A DNA stretch of 64,000 nt from Candidatus Vogelbacteria bacterium (GTDB lineage Bacteria; Patescibacteriota; Minisyncoccia; Phycocordibacterales; JACRKE01): positions 2,924 through 66,923 of the forward strand of contig JACRKE010000037.1 of assembly GCA_016215335.1 (NCBI GenBank), given 5' to 3'. Both the position numbers and the translations under genes were made by a program. Of this stretch, positions 53,768-62,811 are shown in pieces. The notes under the pieces were generated by a model. The model was not told the origin of the DNA and ran no database searches. It worked only from the letters and a program-made list of their open reading frames with translations. How positions within the stretch are numbered: position 1 is the first letter of the stretch; every line of letters begins with the position of its first letter.

Positions 53768-56700
53768 ATGAAAATAGATAAAATCTTTAACAAGCGAGCC
53801 ATCGCGCTCTTCACGTTTCTGTTTTCAATAATATTGCCACTTCAAGCGAGTGCATATGCCGCCATGAATACGGATCCGCAGGATTACCCGACAGTGGCAG
53901 TAGTTAATGTTCGCACTAACCCTGTTCCGTCACAAACTGTATGGAGCACATCTGAAACCGCGCGACCTGGTGACCCCATGAATGTCCGTATCTATTTTCA
54001 CACTGACAATGCATCCACCGAGCCGGCTCGTCAGGTACGCGCCAGGATTCAGATGCCAACTGGCAACTCGACCCAGTTCACAATTTCTGGAAGCGTTGGT
54101 GGAACAAACACTAATCTTTCGACTGGTCAATCAACTATTACACTAAACCCCGCCGAACAGCAGCATATTATAATCCGACCGAATTCAGTGAAGTGGTTCC
54201 CAACTCAAGCATCGATACAAGCCAACCAACCTGCTCCATTTCCTAATGGTCAGACAGGAGATGAAATTTTCACAAGCGGTGGAGTACTACTCGGTGATGT
54301 TCCTGGTGGGTGGCCGAATCAAGGCGCGATAGTCGCTGATTTTTGGATCAGTAATGACGCGCCCGTAGCGCCCGTTGTTACAACCAATCCCGCAACCAAC
54401 GTGACCGTGAGTTCAGCAACACTGAATGGTAATGTCACAACGAACGGTGCCCCAGGAATGACCGCATGGTTTGATTGGGGGACTGACCAAAACAACCTTT
54501 CGAATCGCACTCAAGTCATTTCGACATCGGGCGGCGTCTATTCGGCAAACTTGAACGGACTTTCCTCAAACACAACTTATTACTTTAGAGCATCCGGCAA
54601 GGCATCAGATTCAGTGCAAATTTTCAGCGGTGCTACATTGAATTTCACCACAGGTAATAACCCCGCATCAGTCTGTCCAGCAGTGACTACCTCGCCGGCA
54701 ACATCCGTCACTCAAACTTCCGCAACTATTGGGGGGTCAATAACCGGAACTTCGGGTTCGACTGTTACTCGTTGGTTTGATCTTGGTAATTCGCCTTCAA
54801 ATTTAGGACAATTTACTCAAGAGATTCCAGCAAATGTCGATGGATCAGTTTCGCAAAATCTTTTCAACCTTCAACCAAATCAGATCTATTATTACAGATT
54901 AGTTGCAAGAACATCTAATCTTTCATGTCCGGGTGCCGTGAACGGTATTATATTGGGGAACGCTTTGAACTTCACAACGGGAGCGCAAGCACAGGGCATA
55001 AGCGCCACCACAAATCCGGCAACTTCGGTAACTCAGGCTTCAGCAACCCTAAACGGTGCCACTACCTTGAACGGTAACACCAATGTTACGCGATGGTTCG
55101 AATGGGGCCCAACTCAAGGACTTGGTGTGCTTACAGCGCCACAGAATGCTTCGGACTCGAACTATCAGGACGCGATCGGCAATCTAAGCCCAAATACAAC
55201 TTACTATTTCCAAGCTGTTGCGAGAACACAAACAGGTCAAGTGGCGAGAGGTGTCATACTGCCGTTCGCTACACAGGGTACGGTTAATAGTTGTCCCACG
55301 ATAACAACTTTATCGGCTACCAACTTAACCATAAACGGTGCCACATTGAACGCGACTGTTTCGGGTATTACTGGCATTGGCCCAGGCATGTGGTTTGAAT
55401 ACGGCCCAACAACAAGCTACGGTTACACCACAACCATACAAGCTCCGCAGAATGGTCAGAACCAAGCTTTCGCCGGAAATCTGACCCCCGGCCAGACGTA
55501 TTTCTTCCGTGCCATTCTGCAAGCACCTAACTGTGCAGTTACAAATGGAGGTCAGATGTCATTTACACTTGGGCAACAAGCACAAAATCTTTCCGTTACA
55601 ACTCAATCTGCTACGAATGTAACGGTGAGTTCTGCGACGTTGAACGGTTACCTAACCGCATCGAACTATTCGAACGTCACAAGGTGGTTTGAGTGGGGCA
55701 CGAACTCTTCATACGGCAATCGCACAAACACCCAGTCCGCTTATTCCGCCGGAAATTTTAGCGATTACATTTCCGGACTTTCGCAGAACACTACTTATTT
55801 CTTTAGGGCAGTGGCACAAGATGGCAACGGGAATGTCGCCTACGGTTCACAGCTTAACTTCACCACTCCATCATCTGGCGGTAGCGCTAACTTCTATAGT
55901 TGTCCTAACTACACCATAGGAACGCTTACGGCTTCTCCAATTGATTCAACTTCCGCATACTTGAGAGGAGTTGTGAATTCAAACAGTTCGAGTGGTTATA
56001 GTTACACAACATGGATTGAATACGGTCCGACAACTTCCTACGGCATGTCCACAACTCGTCAATATAATTCTGGAGGCACATTTACCCAGTTAGTAGCAAA
56101 TCTTCAGCCCGGAGTGATTTATTATTACAGGGCAGTGGCCCAGGTTGAGAATAACGGTTACTCCGGGGGTTACTTCAACAGTTTCTTCTGCGGTTATCAG
56201 AACATCCAGTATGGAAATTCACTTACAGTGAGCACCCAAAGTCAGACGTTCGTTCCTTATGTACAGCCGGTGATTCAGCCGCAGCCTGTAATTATTCAAC
56301 AGCAAATTACGCAAAGCGTAATTACCCAACCTGCAACATCAATAACTCAAACCGCTGCCAGAGTGAATGGTGTTGCGACAATTAGTAATGTTCCCACAAA
56401 TGGATGGTTTGAGTGGGGTACGAGCGTTAACCTTGGCAGTCAGACCAACCCAGCGGATCTTGGTAACTACTCTTCAAATACTTTCTACGCGAACTTAAAC
56501 AGTTTGCAGCCAGGACAGACCTACTATTTCAGAGCGGTTATTCAAAACAAGCAAAACGGTAATACCTTAAAAGGCGACGTACTCTCGTTCCGCACCCTTA
56601 CTCCGGTTTACGTTCCACCTGTTTACGATTACACGCCACCGGTTAAACCAAGTACCGCTCCAGTAAAATTAACGATTGCAAAGGAGGCTCAAAATATCTC

Positions 56701-57628
56701 TTCTCCAAATGGAGGTATTGGATGTTCAGACGCTGTGACTGCAAAAGCAGGAAACACAATCGCGTACTACATAACAGTAAAAAATAGCGGAGGGGTAGAG
56801 GCAAATGGTGTCTTGGTTAAAGATGTAATGCCTGATTTCCTACGGTTTAGAGCTGGAAGTGATAATGCCAGATATGATGAGTCATCGAGAGAAGTTTCTT
56901 GGAATATCGACCTTCGCGCCGGTGAGACAAAGCAGCTGCAGGTTCAAGCATTAGTCGACCGCGTAACAGAGAATAAGACAGTAAAGAATACAGCATCAAT
57001 AACTTACGGCTCAACGGTAAAGCGCTCAGGTACTCCATGTTTGATAATCATGGTGGACCCCGTAACTCTCGTGTTGTCACCCGACAAAAACTCCGTAAAC
57101 GCTGGTGACACTCTTACGTACACTGTAATCTACAGAAATAGTAGTGGTGCAAAGATAAGTTCCGCTGTACTTCGAGTATTGCTTCCTGCGGACACGACAC
57201 TCATTTCTGCGGAAAAGGGAACGATTTCTTCATCTGACGGCACGATCGTTCTAACCGTTGGCGACATGCAGCCAAAAGAGGAGGGAAGATTTAGAATTAC
57301 AGTCAAGATTGGTAATACTGCAGCGGCAGGGTCAACTTTGACTGCGGTACTTGTAATGGATTATCGCGATGCTGTCGGGCAGGAACAGGCTGAAGCGCAC
57401 AGTTTTGTACCAGTATTAATCGGAGGTTCAGCTGCGACTCAGATTCTCGACTCATCCATGGAAAAACAAGGAACGGGTCTCGGAGCTCTGTTCGGTACGG
57501 GTTTCTTGCCTCAGACCTTGATTGGTTGGCTCGTGCTCATTGTGATTTTACTCGCTCTCTACTTCATTGGACGTAAGATTTTGAATCCGAATGCTGGAGT
57601 AAGTAAAACAGACGTAATCGTTAAATAA
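53768..57628 (+). CDS. Large cell-surface protein: about 7 FnIII-like repeats, DUF11-like domains, C-terminal TM anchor
   Basis: Repeated T.PAT.VT..SATLNG..WFEWG..L.PNTTYYFRA; AGNTIAYYITVKN, AGDTLTYTVIYRN; TLIGWLVLIVILLAL. Confidence 0.85.
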   Translation: MKIDKIFNKRAIALFTFLFSIILPLQASAYAAMNTDPQDYPTVAVVNVRTNPVPSQTVWSTSETARPGDPMNVRIYFHTDNASTEPARQVRARIQMPTGNSTQFTISGSVGGTNTNLSTGQSTITLNPAEQQHIIIRPNSVKWFPTQASIQANQPAPFPNGQTGDEIFTSGGVLLGDVPGGWPNQGAIVADFWISNDAPVAPVVTTNPATNVTVSSATLNGNVTTNGAPGMTAWFDWGTDQNNLSNRTQVISTSGGVYSANLNGLSSNTTYYFRASGKASDSVQIFSGATLNFTTGNNPASVCPAVTTSPATSVTQTSATIGGSITGTSGSTVTRWFDLGNSPSNLGQFTQEIPANVDGSVSQNLFNLQPNQIYYYRLVARTSNLSCPGAVNGIILGNALNFTTGAQAQGISATTNPATSVTQASATLNGATTLNGNTNVTRWFEWGPTQGLGVLTAPQNASDSNYQDAIGNLSPNTTYYFQAVARTQTGQVARGVILPFATQGTVNSCPTITTLSATNLTINGATLNATVSGITGIGPGMWFEYGPTTSYGYTTTIQAPQNGQNQAFAGNLTPGQTYFFRAILQAPNCAVTNGGQMSFTLGQQAQNLSVTTQSATNVTVSSATLNGYLTASNYSNVTRWFEWGTNSSYGNRTNTQSAYSAGNFSDYISGLSQNTTYFFRAVAQDGNGNVAYGSQLNFTTPSSGGSANFYSCPNYTIGTLTASPIDSTSAYLRGVVNSNSSSGYSYTTWIEYGPTTSYGMSTTRQYNSGGTFTQLVANLQPGVIYYYRAVAQVENNGYSGGYFNSFFCGYQNIQYGNSLTVSTQSQTFVPYVQPVIQPQPVIIQQQITQSVITQPATSITQTAARVNGVATISNVPTNGWFEWGTSVNLGSQTNPADLGNYSSNTFYANLNSLQPGQTYYFRAVIQNKQNGNTLKGDVLSFRTLTPVYVPPVYDYTPPVKPSTAPVKLTIAKEAQNISSPNGGIGCSDAVTAKAGNTIAYYITVKNSGGVEANGVLVKDVMPDFLRFRAGSDNARYDESSREVSWNIDLRAGETKQLQVQALVDRVTENKTVKNTASITYGSTVKRSGTPCLIIMVDPVTLVLSPDKNSVNAGDTLTYTVIYRNSSGAKISSAVLRVLLPADTTLISAEKGTISSSDGTIVLTVGDMQPKEEGRFRITVKIGNTAAAGSTLTAVLVMDYRDAVGQEQAEAHSFVPVLIGGSAATQILDSSMEKQGTGLGALFGTGFLPQTLIGWLVLIVILLALYFIGRKILNPNAGVSKTDVIVK

Positions 57629-57664
57629 TCCTTACAGCTAAAGAGGCCACCAGGATCTCATAAA

Positions 57665-57717
57665 AGCACAAAAATACCCCCCTCCGCCCATTGGCGGAAA
57701 GGGGGTATTTTTGTGCT
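57665..57717. terminator. Terminator hairpin with inner CCGCC/GGCGG stem
   Basis: agcacaaaaataccccc / gggggtatttttgtgct. Confidence 0.7.
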
Positions 57718-57729
57718 AAACTATTTCAA

Positions 57730-58179
57730 ATGGCAAGACAAGTTATAACCAAAAGCCTAAAGGAAACACATGATGTGGCTCGCGGGTTTTACTCGTGGCT
57801 TACGCAACAACCGAATGGGTCCGGTACTGGGCATATTGTGTGTCTCAGGGGTGATCTTGGTGCTGGCAAAACGTCATTCACCCAGGGTCTCGCTCTGGCC
57901 ATGGGGGTAGAAGATAATATCACAAGCCCTACGTTTGTGCTCATGAAAAAATACAAAGGCCTTAACGAGAAAAATTTAGTTCACTTCGATGTGTATAGGC
58001 TTGAGAATTCAAAAGATCTCGAGCCTCTTCGATTTGAAGAATATGTCGGAAACTTGAACAATATAGTTGTTGTAGAATGGCCGGAGAAGATTGGCGAAGC
58101 ATTACCGGCACACGCGCATACAGTGCTTTTTAAATTTATAGATGAAAATACCAGAGAGATAACCTTGCCCTATGAGTGA
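57730..58179 (+). CDS. tsaE: tRNA threonylcarbamoyladenosine biosynthesis ATPase TsaE
   Basis: LRGDLGAGKTSF, ITSPTF, HFDVYRL, VVEWPE. Confidence 0.95.
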   Translation: MARQVITKSLKETHDVARGFYSWLTQQPNGSGTGHIVCLRGDLGAGKTSFTQGLALAMGVEDNITSPTFVLMKKYKGLNEKNLVHFDVYRLENSKDLEPLRFEEYVGNLNNIVVVEWPEKIGEALPAHAHTVLFKFIDENTREITLPYE

Positions 58180-60688
58180 CCAAAGAAAAAAAATAGTTCT
58201 TCTTGATACTCACGCGATTCTTCATCGCGCATACCATGCCCTGCCGGATTTTGCGAGCGACAAGGGAGAACCGACTGGTGCGCTCTATGGCTTAACGGTT
58301 TTGCTTCTAAAACTTATCAAAGAATTTCGGCCGGAGATAATCGTGGCATGTTACGATCTGCCGAAACTTACTTTTAGACACGCAAAGTTTGCTGAATATA
58401 AAGCTGGTAGAGCACAAGTCGAGGATAACTTAATTTCCCAAATTAGGCGTTCGAGCCAGCTTTTCGAGGCGTTTGGAATTCCTATCGTGGCGGCGCCAGG
58501 TTTTGAGGCAGATGACATGCTAGGAACCATTGTAGAAAAGTTGAAAGGTAATAGGAGTTATCAAATTATTATTGCGTCGGGAGACATGGACACTCTCCAG
58601 CTCGTGACAGACGATAATGTGGTTGTATATACTCTGAAAAAAGGTATCAACGACACAATAATTTATGACGAGAAAGGGGTAAAAGCCCGCTTCGGTTTTG
58701 GGCCTGAACTTTTGCCTGATTATAAGGGGCTTCGTGGAGATCCGACTGACAATATACCGGGGGTGAAAGGCATAGGGGAGAAGACTGCAACGGAACTCAT
58801 CCTGAAGTTTGGCACGATCGAGAAAATGTACGAAACATTAGAAAAGCACAAAACACAAACCGTACAAAAACCAAACAAAACACAAAACTCAAAAAACAAA
58901 AGTTCGTCAAAAAACCAAAACGAATTCGGATTGTCACCGAGGATTTTGGATTTATTACTTGCGAACAAAGAAGAGGCTGAATTTTCAAAAATGCTTGGTA
59001 CCATCAGACGCGATGCGCCAATTGATTTTTCGCTAGAGCTGAGTAACTTCAAAGATAATTTCAAAATTGAAACAGCCAAAAAGTTTTTAGGCGAACTATC
59101 ATTTAGAAGCTTAGTTCCGCGACTCAATGAGGTTGCGACCGGAGAAGTTAAGAAACCGCAGATGTCGACAAAACCTAATCATGGAAGCGAGCTCTCTGTT
59201 GACTGGGCAGAAAGCCCTGCGAATGCAATAGATGCTGTTGTCCGAGGCGAGACCTCGGACATGCCGATTGTTGACGTAAATTCTCAGCAGTTCAAACGTT
59301 CGGCTATTATGTATTGGCTTATTGATTCCAGTAAGACCGATCCGACAGGACAACAGATATTTGAATATACCAAAACTAACAATCTTGAAGACGCGGAAAA
59401 TTTTTTATTAAAAAAAATTAAAATCGACAAGCTCGAAGATGTGTATAAGGAAATCGAGCTTCCACTTATTCCCATTCTTGAACGAGTAAAAGAACACGGA
59501 ATGCTCGTGGATGTAGGGTATCTGAAAGAGCTCTCAGATAAATATCATATAGTTTTAAGCCAACTTGAAAAAGATATTTGGGAACTTGCGGGAGGCGAGT
59601 TTAATATTAATTCTCCAAAACAACTTGGGGAAATCATTTTCGATAAACTCGGACTGGGTGGTAAGAAAGTGAAGAAAACCGCAACAGGAAACGCTTCGAC
59701 CAAAGTGGAAGAATTGGAGAAGCTAAAAGGCACTCATCCTATTATTGAAAAGATCATGGATTATCGAGAATACCAAAAGTTACTCTCAACCTATATTGAC
59801 TCTATACCGGAACAACTCGGCAAGGATGGCAGACTCCACTCAGATTTGATTCAGACTGGTGCCGCAACGGGTAGAATGTCGTCTCACAATCCAAATCTTC
59901 AAAATATTCCCATTAAAACTGAACTAGGCAGGGTAATTAGGAAGGCATTTGTTGCGAGCCTCGGATTTGTGCTCGCCGCCTTCGACTACTCGCAAATTGA
60001 TCTACGCATGGCGGCACTGCTCTCTAGGGATCCGCTGTTTATAAAAATATTTCAAGGCAAGAATGATGTACATACGAGTGTGGCGTCTCTTGTATTTAAA
60101 GTTGCACCAGAGAAAGTGGATCGTGAGATGCGAAGACGGGCTAAAGTAATAAACTTCGGAATATTGTACGGTATGGGAGTGAATGCGCTTAAACAAAATT
60201 TAGGCACAGAGAGAAAGGAAGCCGAAGAGTTTTACAAAATGTATTTTGAACAGTTCCATGGGCTTCGAGAATATCTTGATTCTCTAAAAGAGTTTGCCAG
60301 AAAAAACGGCTACACCACAACCTTTTTTGGCCGCAGGAGATACTATCCAAAAATTAAATCCCCGATGCCTTTCGTCCGAAGTATGGAAGAACGTATGGCT
60401 ATGAACGCGCCAATACAAGGCACCTCTGCCGACGTGATTAAACTTGCCATGAGCAAGGCGGATGAAGAACTTAAAAAAGCGGGCATTGAAACTAAAGTTT
60501 TTCCACTGCTTCAGGTGCACGATGAACTAATATATGAAATAAAAAAGGGTGTAGAGAAAGAAGCTACTAAAATAATAATTAAAGCAATGGAAAGCGTGCT
60601 CGACGGGCCGGTACCACTCGAAGTACATGCATCTTTAGGCAAGGATTGGGGAACTCTCGTTGGTACTAATATAGTATATTGTACATAG
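58172..60688 (+). CDS. polA: DNA polymerase I (5'-3' exonuclease plus polymerase; 3'-5' exonuclease region degenerate)
   Basis: HRAYHA, GFEADD, GDPTDNIPGVKGIGEKTA, TGRMSSHNPNLQNIP, DYSQIDLR, AKVINFGILYG, LQVHDEL. Confidence 0.96.
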   Translation: MSDQRKKIVLLDTHAILHRAYHALPDFASDKGEPTGALYGLTVLLLKLIKEFRPEIIVACYDLPKLTFRHAKFAEYKAGRAQVEDNLISQIRRSSQLFEAFGIPIVAAPGFEADDMLGTIVEKLKGNRSYQIIIASGDMDTLQLVTDDNVVVYTLKKGINDTIIYDEKGVKARFGFGPELLPDYKGLRGDPTDNIPGVKGIGEKTATELILKFGTIEKMYETLEKHKTQTVQKPNKTQNSKNKSSSKNQNEFGLSPRILDLLLANKEEAEFSKMLGTIRRDAPIDFSLELSNFKDNFKIETAKKFLGELSFRSLVPRLNEVATGEVKKPQMSTKPNHGSELSVDWAESPANAIDAVVRGETSDMPIVDVNSQQFKRSAIMYWLIDSSKTDPTGQQIFEYTKTNNLEDAENFLLKKIKIDKLEDVYKEIELPLIPILERVKEHGMLVDVGYLKELSDKYHIVLSQLEKDIWELAGGEFNINSPKQLGEIIFDKLGLGGKKVKKTATGNASTKVEELEKLKGTHPIIEKIMDYREYQKLLSTYIDSIPEQLGKDGRLHSDLIQTGAATGRMSSHNPNLQNIPIKTELGRVIRKAFVASLGFVLAAFDYSQIDLRMAALLSRDPLFIKIFQGKNDVHTSVASLVFKVAPEKVDREMRRRAKVINFGILYGMGVNALKQNLGTERKEAEEFYKMYFEQFHGLREYLDSLKEFARKNGYTTTFFGRRRYYPKIKSPMPFVRSMEERMAMNAPIQGTSADVIKLAMSKADEELKKAGIETKVFPLLQVHDELIYEIKKGVEKEATKIIIKAMESVLDGPVPLEVHASLGKDWGTLVGTNIVYCT
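58847..58921. repeat. In-frame heptamer-like (CAAAAxx) insertion in polA
   Basis: cacaaaa cacaaac cgtacaaa .. cacaaaa ctcaaaa aacaaaa; encodes KHKTQTVQKPNKTQNSKNKSSSKNQN. Confidence 0.6.
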
Positions 60689-60767
60689 TATATAGGGATG
60701 AAAACCTTGTAGCTCTCGAAATAATCTTAAATTTACCTATATACAATTTACTATTTACCATATACTA
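60672..60767. repeat. Heptamer two-armed element across the polA stop and holA start
   Basis: tagtata ttgtaca tagtata tagg .. ctatata caattta ctattta ccatata cta. Confidence 0.8.
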
Positions 60768-60772
60768 ACCCG

Positions 60773-61492
60773 ATGATTCATATAATCCACGGAAAAGATC
60801 AATCGAAAGCTTACAAACGCTTTTGTGAAGTCTCAAAAAAGATTCAGACAGATGATCCGACTCTTGCTCTGTATAATTTTTCACCTGAAAATTTCGTCGC
60901 ATCATCACTCGATGAACTCGTGCAAGCCCAGTCACTTTTTGGTGGAGGACACTTGGTGCTCGGAGAAAATCTGCTAAGCAATACTAACTTAAGCGGGGCC
61001 ATACTTGCATCTCTCGAAAACTTGAGCCTATCACCCCATATGTTTGTGTTTTTTGAAGAAGAGCTGAACAAAGAAATCTTAGAGAAAATTAAACCACATG
61101 CCAAAGTTGAAGAGTTTACAATGGCAAAAGGTTGGGACAAAGATCTGGAGAAGCCGGTTTATGCTCTTCAAGATGCTATTGGAGCGCACGACAAAAAAAC
61201 AATTTGGGTTTCATATCAAAAAGTGCTTTATGCAGGTTTCGCTGAAGAGATGATCTTCTGGAAACTGGCAAAATATTTGAAAAACTTGCTTGTTATTCAA
61301 AGGGGAGGCGGGATGTCTGAAATCGGAACCACGAGTGAATATTATTTCGGAAAGTTAAAGGCTCAGTCGAGTAAGTTTAAAGACAAAGAGTTAATTACCA
61401 AACTGGGTGACCTGATTTCAATCTGGCATGATTCGCACAGGGGACTTTGTGACTTTGATCTGGCACTAGAGAGATGGGTACTTGGGATTTAA
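60773..61492 (+). CDS. holA: DNA polymerase III delta subunit-like (short HolA)
   Basis: MIHIIHGKD, QSLFG, C-terminal DLALERWVL; follows polA. Confidence 0.7.
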   Translation: MIHIIHGKDQSKAYKRFCEVSKKIQTDDPTLALYNFSPENFVASSLDELVQAQSLFGGGHLVLGENLLSNTNLSGAILASLENLSLSPHMFVFFEEELNKEILEKIKPHAKVEEFTMAKGWDKDLEKPVYALQDAIGAHDKKTIWVSYQKVLYAGFAEEMIFWKLAKYLKNLLVIQRGGGMSEIGTTSEYYFGKLKAQSSKFKDKELITKLGDLISIWHDSHRGLCDFDLALERWVLGI

Positions 61493-61664
61493 ATTTTCGA
61501 TCGGCATTTACTTATCACTAAAACGTGATAGTATGTTCACCGGATAGGAGAAGTTAAAAACTGAAACAACGACCCGGAGTCAAGTGAATTAAGAGGTGCT
61601 AGATGCCCATAATACTTGGAGTAGTCGCTACCTTGGTTGCCTTCTTGGTGACTGGAGCGATTCA

Positions 61665-62315
61665 ATGCCAACAATTTACGTTGGCATCATGACAGGTGTA
61701 AGTACGGTCTACATCACTAAGGCGTGGCAACGACAGACTTCGCCCGTACTGGTAACGTGGGTGATATTTGCGTTCGCAACAGTCCTCGCACTTTGGACCG
61801 CCCTCTCGTTTGGCGAGGCGCTTTCGGTCAACGTTCCAAACTTGCTCGACATCCCAGTAACTTGGGGAGTCGCAGCAGTTCTTGTCTATCGTAGGCGAGA
61901 CATTAAGTTTTTCCCAGCAGAGAAACTTGATAAGTGGCTCACCGCTCTGTGTCTTGTTGCGACCGTGGTAGTCTTCGTAGAATGGTTGATTAGTCATGAT
62001 CACAAACACGCGAACAACTGCATTCAGGTGATAATGTCTGTCGCCTATATTCCCACGTGGAGGGGATTGTATAAGGCGGACAAAAACCCAGAAGCTTACG
62101 GTGTTTGGTGCGTCATCTTTATCGTATCAGCTCTCGCTATGCTAATGGGATTCTTGCGAGGGCAGGATGTGGCCATGAAGTACGGTATTAGGGCGACGGT
62201 GTGCGTGGGCGGAGTGCTGTTGCTCATGGTGCGCCTGGATTATTACCTTCCAACGTTCGCCCTCACAAACGGTACAATTCCGGACTGGCTAAGGAAAAAA
62301 GACATTGGTGCATAA
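61665..62315 (+). CDS. Polytopic membrane protein (PQ-loop-like repeats)
   Basis: GGAG before ATG 61665; about 6-7 TMs; YIPTWRGLYK..PE. Confidence 0.6.
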   Translation: MPTIYVGIMTGVSTVYITKAWQRQTSPVLVTWVIFAFATVLALWTALSFGEALSVNVPNLLDIPVTWGVAAVLVYRRRDIKFFPAEKLDKWLTALCLVATVVVFVEWLISHDHKHANNCIQVIMSVAYIPTWRGLYKADKNPEAYGVWCVIFIVSALAMLMGFLRGQDVAMKYGIRATVCVGGVLLLMVRLDYYLPTFALTNGTIPDWLRKKDIGA

Positions 62316-62346
62316 AGGCTAACACACGATAGAAAGGAGAGTCTCT

Positions 62347-62520
62347 ATGCAGTGTCCTGAATGTCAGGCGTACAGTGGGAATACTCACGAGACGTGGTGT
62401 CCTGGTAGAAGGAAAGAAGAAGAGGTGAAGAATTTCGGTAAAGTGCAGGCATACAGATGTCCGACGTGCCAAGCGTACAAAGGCAACGTGCACGAATCAT
62501 GGTGCCAGTATCGCAAATAG
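62347..62520 (+). CDS. 57-aa tandem zinc-finger microprotein (not in the ORF track)
   Basis: AGAAAGGAG RBS; MQCPECQAYSGNTHETWC...RCPTCQAYKGNVHESWCQYRK. Confidence 0.75.
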   Translation: MQCPECQAYSGNTHETWCPGRRKEEEVKNFGKVQAYRCPTCQAYKGNVHESWCQYRK

Positions 62521-62605
62521 GAAAGAAGCAGACGAAAGGTTATCAATCCGTGCAGGCCAGACGTAACATCTGACGGCAGAACGTCTTAGATTCTGTCACT
62601 ATCGA

Positions 62606-62633
62606 CCCCGCCCAAGGCGGGGCCGTTTTCTTT
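62606..62633 (+). terminator. Terminator-like hairpin
   Basis: ccccgcc-caa-ggcgggg then ccgttttcttt. Confidence 0.55.
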
Positions 62634-62648
62634 AGTAAATTTAATTTG

Positions 62649-62721
62649 TCCGCCCACCTGGATTCGAACCAGGGACCACTTCCTTAAAAGGGAATTGCTC
62701 TACCAACTGAGCTATGGGCGG
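62649..62721 (-). tRNA. tRNA-Lys(TTT), CCA not encoded
   Basis: CCGCCCA TA GCTC AGTTGGTA GAGC A ATTCC CTTTTAA GGAAG TGGTC CCTGG TTCGAAT CCAGG TGGGCGG A. Confidence 0.93.
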
Positions 62722-62773
62722 GAATAACAAACTAGTCAGAAAACAATACCAGAAAGTTACACTTAAGTCTATA

Positions 62774-62798
62774 CACTTGGAAGCCGAGCTTCCAAGTG
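62774..62798. repeat. REP palindrome upstream of RAYT (opposite loop orientation)
   Basis: c-ACTTGGAAGC-CGA-GCTTCCAAGT-g. Confidence 0.85.
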
Positions 62799-62811
62799 AT
62801 ATGATTAAATT

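Noticed and set aside
61500-62721. Prophage or island integrated at tRNA-Lys
   Set aside because: No integrase and no duplicated tRNA 3' end noticed
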